A stretch of 37,413 bases of DNA, from the NCBI GenBank assembly GCA_964200185.2, contig CAXNAD020000039.1, positions 1 through 37,413 on the forward strand, in the 5' to 3' direction. Below the pieces are notes generated by a model. That model made no database searches and had not been told where the DNA came from. It worked only from the letters and a program-made list of their open reading frames with translations. The position numbers were made by a program, and so were the translations under genes. Positions 30,701-37,413 of the stretch are shown piece by piece. This stretch comes from Choristocarpus tenellus KU-1152 (lineage: Eukaryota > Protista > Phaeophyceae). Within the stretch, counting starts at the first letter, position 1. Every line of letters starts with the position of its first letter.

Positions 30701-32900
30701 TATCCTCAGTAGGTGTCTGTGATCCAATGACCTACTGCAAACACCATTTTTGTATTGGGATATAGAGTGTGGCCAGAAGAACGTCAGATTGCTGCATTTG
30801 CTACCTTTACTGTTTCTTTTCGCGATTAATTGGTTGGATTTTGTTCTTCACCCTGATGCAGTTGCTGTATCTATCCAGTACCTGAGTACCTCTTCGCTCC
30901 AGCTGTGAAAGTTCAATTTCTAGCAATGAAGGGGGTAACGTTTTGTGTATGTATGCTGGTGGTCCTTCCTGTTGGAAAAAATGTACTCAATGCCTGTTGC
31001 TGCTCTCGCTAGCTCCAAGATTACGATATTACAAGCCTTATCCGATGCCCACAGGAGCACACCGTAGCATTAGTCGCAATTCAGACAATAAGAAAGATGC
31101 TGCAAAACATGGCCACAAAGAGTGGGGAGGACAAGTTCAAGCGGATACGCTTGGGCAATCCCAACTTTCAGGGGAAGGTTGGCTCTGTTGATGGGGGTAT
31201 AGAGGTAAGTGAGTCTGCCACTACCGCCCCACTGCCCGCGTCCCGTTCCCATATTCCCACCCACTCGATAGTCCTCTGAATTGGGTATGTTTTTTTGTTG
31301 TTCTGGTTTTGCGGCCTTTGAGGGCGTTACTTTGGCGTGTTCTTCTGAGTGCTTTACATGTTATGTGGCATGTTGCAGGTGGTGGTGGTGGTGGTGAATG
31401 ATATCCCCAAAGGGTGTGCCGAAATGATGTTTTATGTTAAGAATACTTGTATGTGTTGTGTGTTTTGGGCTTTCGATTGAAGTTAGTTGCCAGCCGTCTA
31501 CGCTTTGGTGGTCGGTCACTGTGCATGTATCTACCAATTGCAGATTGATTACTTTTTGTGAACCTTGGCTTCATGAAAGCCAAGGGTTGCCAAGGGTTGG
31601 AAGGACGAACACCCCACGCTCTCACGTAACTCTTTCTTATTATTATTCTTTTTTCTGGTCCATTGTTGGTTTCAATCAGTGCTCAGGTGATTACGCCATG
31701 ATCGTTGTAAAGGATTGCCATGTATTATTCTATGTAGCATAGCTGAGTCAGCTGTGAGTATTGGGTTTCTTGTCTCACTAGGCTGTACCACCCCCTGAGG
31801 CTGTGCCAGTGAACGGTTGACATCCCAGAGTCACTATCGTCACACCAAGTCGTGTGTCACCTTTTCATGTTAATGCTTCATTTCCAGTGTGAGTCAGTCG
31901 CCTTGGTATGTATCACACTTGTATGTACCTATGTATCTATGTACACGTGGCGCTGGGAAATGGGAAATGGGAAATTTCATGAAGGTAGGGTATAATATTC
32001 ACATGGGAGGGGTTAACGCTGAGTAGAGTCTGTATGGATCTGCGCCACGTCCAGATGTGCGGTACATACAACATGCATATACTTGTCCCAGAACCCTTCC
32101 TCATGGTAGAGAGTCCTCTTTCGTTCTGTCCTGTGGGGTTTATACCTCTGGAACAGGCTGTACCTGCCTGCTATAATACTATTTTTTTTTGTCGACAGTC
32201 TGTTGGGGGGTCGGGGGATCAGTACGACACTATTCATTATACCACCAAAATATTTTATATTTTCCACTGATGGTATATCGCCAATGCTTTATACCGTCGT
32301 AGGTTTCTTTTCGGGTCATACCACTCTGTCAACTCCATCAATTCCATATTTTGCTTCCCCTGGTAACGTAAGTATGCTGTTGCTTGGGGAAGTTGTGATC
32401 TTACTGTTTCCATTTCAAGAATGTTTTTTCTGCTATGTTGGGCGGTCAAGGTCTGTTGGGACTGTTCGTTGGTCTCATCTACCAACAAGGGACAAGGGAC
32501 GTCATGGCGCCTGCATGATGAATCGCCCCGGCCAGGAAGCAATACGGGGACATGAGTAGGGTTGAGGTTTACCCAGTGCTAGAGTACTATGGTGGAAAAA
32601 AAGATGGTATTGTGTGTTGATGCTTTTGCCATCGACGGTATACCTTCTTCTGTCATACCAACCCAACGACCCCCCCCCCTCCATATCTAGTTGGCAGTGA
32701 TCTCTGATTTGTTGAGAAAACCAAACCCACAGCCCGCCCTTGTTCATTCTGGAGTCCTTCGTACACCCCTAAGGCCGTAACAAGCTTTATTTCTCAATTA
32801 TCCCTGTGCAGGTAATGATCGCAGCAGGGTTTGTTCTTCATAGTGAGGAAGAGGCGTGTTTGCAGTATGGCTCTTGTGATCCTCTCCCGTTGCGACTTAG
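27717..32900 (+). CDS. PDZ + VIM + PUB domain protein (putative p97/Cdc48 adaptor); at least 7 exons, last exon unresolved
   Basis: Exons 27717-27858 and 27980-28254 (PDZ: FDVTFHEAKLGMTL...VVTTVLPGGPAAKGGVACNDVIATVDG...RPLVIGF), 28554-28697 (RKAALKAAEAR = R-x5-AA-x2-R), 29617-29751 (MGYNPY), 30284-30532 (acidic linker), 31055-31204 and 32812-32900 (PUB: TIRKMLQNM...EDKFKRIRLGNPNFQGKVGSVDGGIEVMIAAGF). Phases are consistent; the last exon ends in phase 2 at AG|GTATGT. Confidence 0.85.
32205..32676. mobile_element. Possible old MITE with G-rich termini (intronic)
   Basis: Imperfect ~25-bp inverted ends GGGGGTCGGGGGATCAGTACGACA vs GGGGGTCGTTGGGTTGGTATGACA (reverse complement), plus internal inverted ATACCGTCG/CGACGGTAT. 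No clear TSD. Confidence 0.4.
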
Positions 32901-35444
32901 GTATGTGAATGATGTGTGTGTGTGTGTGTTTTGGGAGTGCTTGGAGGTGTCTTTTGTTTGATGAAGAGAAAGAGAGAGGAGCCTGCTGGAAGTCCGGGTT
33001 TGGTCGGACTGTGGTATAATGCTGTAGTTGTGTATCAATCAGTTGATGAGCTGTTCTGTCTGAGTCAAAGCATCCCAAAGTGAGGTGGCAATGTTGTTCA
33101 GGGTCTGTCTCTGTGATAGTTTTTCTGGTTTGCATCCTTACATCCCTCCATCCTTCGATCTAATGACAAAACATCCATCCACAGGACCTCACATTTTACA
33201 TCCACAGGCCCCTGATGAGGGTTACCTGAATCTAGGCCATGAGGATGGCGTGTCAGGCACCACGTTTCCAAGCCCCTTAAAACAATACGCCCGATATTCA
33301 CCTCCCTCAAGGACACTTTGGCTGCCTCATTTCATTGTGTAGAAGTAAGAGCCCTTCAGGCTTATGCATTTTGTTGCAGGTTGAGGGAATGCAGCACATA
33401 CAGCGGACGTTCTCGAGCTTGCTTTTGTATTTCCTTGTACACGCACATCTACCTGCTGATTTTTCATTTTTTGAATTTATTCAGTAGACATTAAATCTCT
33501 GATTTGGGCAAGGGGGCAACCTTGCATTCATTGCACACGATAGTACTTATTTAATTTTTTGTGTAAGTCTTATTGTCCCTCTGTCATATTTCATTTTGTG
33601 ATGTGTCCACCTCATGTCCTCCTTGGGGAGTGTGTGCTTGAGTACTGTACAATGAATCTCATAGATTGATTTGATTTGTGAGTACACTAAACAGCGTAAT
33701 CTACACACCTCTCATCCATTATTGCAGGTATGTCCCTTCACGCTTTTTGAAAACCTATCCAAGCTCCTACTGAAATAGGTAAATGTTGAAGTGAAAACAT
33801 TTTTGCATTGATGTGACAAGGTACTTGTCCAAACCTTTGCACGATTGTGTTTGCAGGGTGGCACTGACGAAGTTGAATCAAGCGGAGCAACTCCTTGCAT
33901 CCGGTGGCATGTCTTGAGCATTGGTTTTTGTATTTGACACCAAGTTCTTGAAGGTTCCATTGTTGGACCACTTTGTTTCCTTCTGTTTGAGGTACTGCGA
34001 GGACCTGGACTGAGCGGACTCTCGCAGATATTGTGTAGTTATACTGGCTTGGAACGTTTTGGTACCATGCTCTTCATTAATGTACAAGGACTGTTGCTGA
34101 AGGAGGTAGTTGTTTCGTTCACTCTCTTTGTGAATCAGGTCCTGTAAGTTATATTCCAAATTTGGTCATTTGATGGCTTTTTACCGCCAAAGCTCGGCAG
34201 TCTCCCTCTACCTTCTTGCCATTGCACCCAGATGATGACAGATATGCTTCAGCCAGCTTTGCTTATTGGGTACATGTATGCATGGTGTGTATCATAGTTG
34301 CTGCATGACGCCCACGGTGTCATGTCGCTGGTTACCGTTTGAAGTTGAAGTTGAAATTTGCATGTACAAGTGAAAGGTGGGAGGAGAAAGGTCTGTAACC
34401 TCCTTCGCCTCTTGTGCTGACAGGCGTGCTAGTAACTAGCGAGCAAACTAACTTGCAACAGGAATACTTGTAGTTGCTTATTTTATTGTGATGAATAAGT
34501 TTTGAGCGATAGCAGACGTGGAATCAACAAACCTAATTTAGTAACATACCTTCGAAGTATGTACTTTTTATGCATTTTCCGTGTTCTTGAGGTGGTGTTC
34601 TGTGTTTGATGGCCACACGAGTGTATCCTGGCAGTAGGGTCTTCAGTGGTCAAGTAATGCAATGGAGAGACACATCCATAGGTTGTACGTCAAATGAACT
34701 ATATTTGTGAGGCGTAGCGTAGTTGTCATTGTTATTGCTGTTGTTGGTGTGGTGAATTGACTGCCTGTTCATTGCTTCTGTCATCTCCAAAGTATACCCA
34801 ATTGACATGTACAAGTCATGCATTTTTGCTTGGGCCATGTTTGGGGATATCAAAGAATTGGGTTCAGTGCGCGTTCATACAGGGGAACAGGTAGCAAACT
34901 CAAAGATTTCAAGCTAGAGGTGTCAGAAAAGTTACCGCAGGGAGGTATAGAACCCCTTCTTCCCTTCTTCCCCCTGCTCCAAATCATGCCCTCCCCCCAC
35001 AGGATAGCCTTGCGTGGAATGAAGAGCACAAGCCCCCCCCAGAAACACAAATCTCTTTGTCTCTCTCCTGCTGCATAAAGCACAAGGACAAGGGATAACA
35101 GCAGTAGGCTCAAACACTAGTCTAATAATTGTGCAAGATTATCAAAAGGAAGAATCTGCTTGAAAGACCGATTGCGGAGCTGCTTCAAGGCAACAACAAT
35201 GGCTCCTTAATGAGCAGTGATATCAAGTGAGTTGCCAAGATGCTTGAGGACAACACTCAGAACATCTCAAGACTTTCGAAGGGCCACAAGAGGCAAAAAA
35301 ATACTAGTGTTATGGATCTGGACATCGGTATAGATAGGTGGAAGGGGAATTCTGACTGCGAAAGTATCAACGCCAACGACTTACGATAATGCTCATGAAA
35401 TTATCTCAACAAAATACCTACGGATTCTCACTGACCTAGCGAAT

Positions 35445-35660
35445 TGAGCTGGTCCCATCGGACAGCTGGACTGGTCCTACAATGATTTATTATGTCCCGA
35501 TCCATGTCCACTGGGTAATTGTACCGATCTATGTCTGCCAGCTTGACTGGGTCTGGCAATGTCTAACATGCTCGGGCGCATGTCCACTGGGTATTTGTAC
35601 CAATCCATGTCTCCTGGTTGGTCTGTCAAACAAGCATGTCTGGACCACGTTCAGTACGTG
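35445..35660. repeat. Cluster of short direct repeats resembling a DNA-transposon subterminal region
   Basis: CATGTCCACTGGGTA(A/T)TTGTACC(G/A)ATC(T/C)ATGTCT occurs at 35503 and 35579, with further ATGTC/GGAC motifs around it. Confidence 0.45.
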
Positions 35661-37251
35661 TTACACTCCAACAATGAACCATGTGTGTATATGATGTCTA
35701 TGTTGAAGGTTAAGTTCATTTTAGTATGTCTACAAAGGATGTACTCAAATAATCTCGGGACTTTCGTGGTTTGAAATCACGAAGAACACATACATGTATT
35801 GAGATTGCGAAGAGGCACATATCCTTGGAAAAAAAAAATACCTTTTACTAATTTTCATATTTGACGGTTGACGAATGAGGTCAAAATAGAGTAGTAGTGT
35901 CAAAATACATAATGAAGTCACAAATCACCTCAACAACCCAAATACCAAAGACACAAAAATGTATGTGGTGTTCAATTAATAAATTTTGATTGCATGGTGA
36001 GGCAGGGTTCAATCAATCGTGGGGGGTGTTCAGAATCACCATTTGTGTCACGGTGGGGTGCATTCCGCAAACCCAAAGCACTCTCAGCCATCAAATCTTA
36101 GGAGAAGTATGAATGGGATGTTGGATCGGATGGGTGACATCACAACCTTGTGACCGTCAACGGCAAGTGGTCTGAGAATTCTTAAGACTTCTATGTGTTT
36201 AATTTTCATGGGAACACCACCAATGACGAAGAAATGTGCACGCAATACACTGGTGTGTGAGGACGAATGTGGACTGGACTGAGATCAGGTCCCAACAGAA
36301 CCTGTCCGTCACATAACCCCCCCTCATTGTTGACTCTATCTGCACACGAGAAAAGAAAAAAAATCAATTGGCTATCCCAAGAATGTTCATTTAGCCAATT
36401 TGGAGGAGTTCCTTGAAAGGTTGTCCTCAACAGGGTTGGAACCCCAAAGTTGTTCATGGTGGAAAATATATTATTGCACCTTCAATAACCCCGGGGCTAC
36501 GAAGATAACATCCCAGGAAAATTGGTACCAAAAAAGGGTGCTTGGGTCATTGTGGTAATCAAGCTACAATGCCTCAGTTAATGTAATTATGAATGGGAAA
36601 CTATTGTCGCCTATCCTTGGTTGTGGGTTGAGCTAGGCCACAACAGTTGTCTTAAGAGGAACTGCACTGAGGCGGAGGGTTTCGAAGGAATTGGATTAGT
36701 AATTACCTTTCTAGGGGTGGATCATTACCTTGGATTTTTACCTTCCTTCCCTAAAGCAAAACGCCATATATCCTGTCTTGTCAGGAGGGCGTTTGTCCAC
36801 TTCCACTCTGAGGAATCTGTATACTGCCTAACCCCTTGGTATGAAAGTGAAAACTTGTATTCTCACCTTCAGGTATTGTTGTTAGTAACCCTAATATCCG
36901 GAGTTCTGGGGTGATGAGATCCAGTTTTCTTCCAGTTCCAACCTTTTTGGACTAAGTGGAGCAGAAACCATGTGCCCACATACGAGGAACACAGTCACCT
37001 CCCACCAGGTGAGCTCAAAATAAAATAATATTTGCTTAAGGGGGGAAACCATTGAGAGGGCCAAGGGATCTCAACAATGTCCTGCTTAAGACAAAAGGAT
37101 TCAACCCATAAATGGCCATCCCAAGCATTCACATCAATTAATCTTTTTGAGGGTATGGTGAAAGCAAGCTTAGAGATGAAAAAAGAGGTACATGGAGATC
37201 TTCCATTCGAAACTCGACAAAAAGGGATAGATCCCTAACCACTCCGTATAT

Positions 37252-37413
37252 GACTCAAAGTATCGGGGGGGGAGGGGTGGCGGCTGTCGATTCAGGGTCC
37301 ATTTTTTGTATGACGCGTTTTTTTGACGATTTATTTGCATGCATCGGATGGGTACTGTAAGTCCACTTTTCCTAGTCAGGGTCCAAATGGACACCCTGGT
37401 GTAGACCTCCCCC
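37252..37413. mobile_element. MITE family A copy 3, opposite orientation, truncated by the window end
   Basis: GACTCAAAGTATCGGGGGGG...GGTGGCGGCTGTC...GTCCAAATGGACACCCTGGTGTAGAC is the reverse complement of the family A body seen at 10679 and 14362. Confidence 0.85.

Noticed and set aside
33185-34440. Candidate last exons for the PDZ-PUB gene (acceptors near 33208, 33359, 33379, 33727, 34423)
   Set aside because: Each gives a short or implausible peptide in phase 2 and none could be preferred, so the 3' end is left unresolved.

Overview
This is eukaryotic, intron-rich nuclear DNA, so the six-frame ORF track mostly shows exon fragments or noise. The intron style, a bipartite plastid-targeting presequence and the RTE-type LINE point to a photosynthetic stramenopile (brown alga or relative); that assignment is inference. 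I reconstructed four spliced genes by hand using splice sites and reading-phase continuity. (1) An ionotropic glutamate receptor-like channel (+, <1-11595, 11 exons in the window) with a non-canonical gate (SFTAELASF) and ligand pocket. (2) Elongin C (+, 19394-21030, 4 exons, 101 aa). (3) A probably plastid-targeted class I SAM methyltransferase (-, 27207-22449, 8 exons, one GC-AG intron). (4) Head-to-head with it, a protein combining PDZ, a VCP-interacting motif and a PUB domain (+, 27717->32900), a candidate p97/Cdc48 adaptor with an unusual architecture. Introns and intergenic DNA carry two MITE families with shared ends, a shared subterminal motif and 3-bp target duplications. They also contain a minisatellite>MITE>solo-LTR nest, an inverted pair of LTR-like copies, an RTE-like LINE endonuclease relic, a possible tRNA-derived SINE and several decayed coding relics. 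Repeat copies differ largely by CpG transitions, a footprint consistent with cytosine methylation. No CRISPR array, rRNA or intact tRNA was found.
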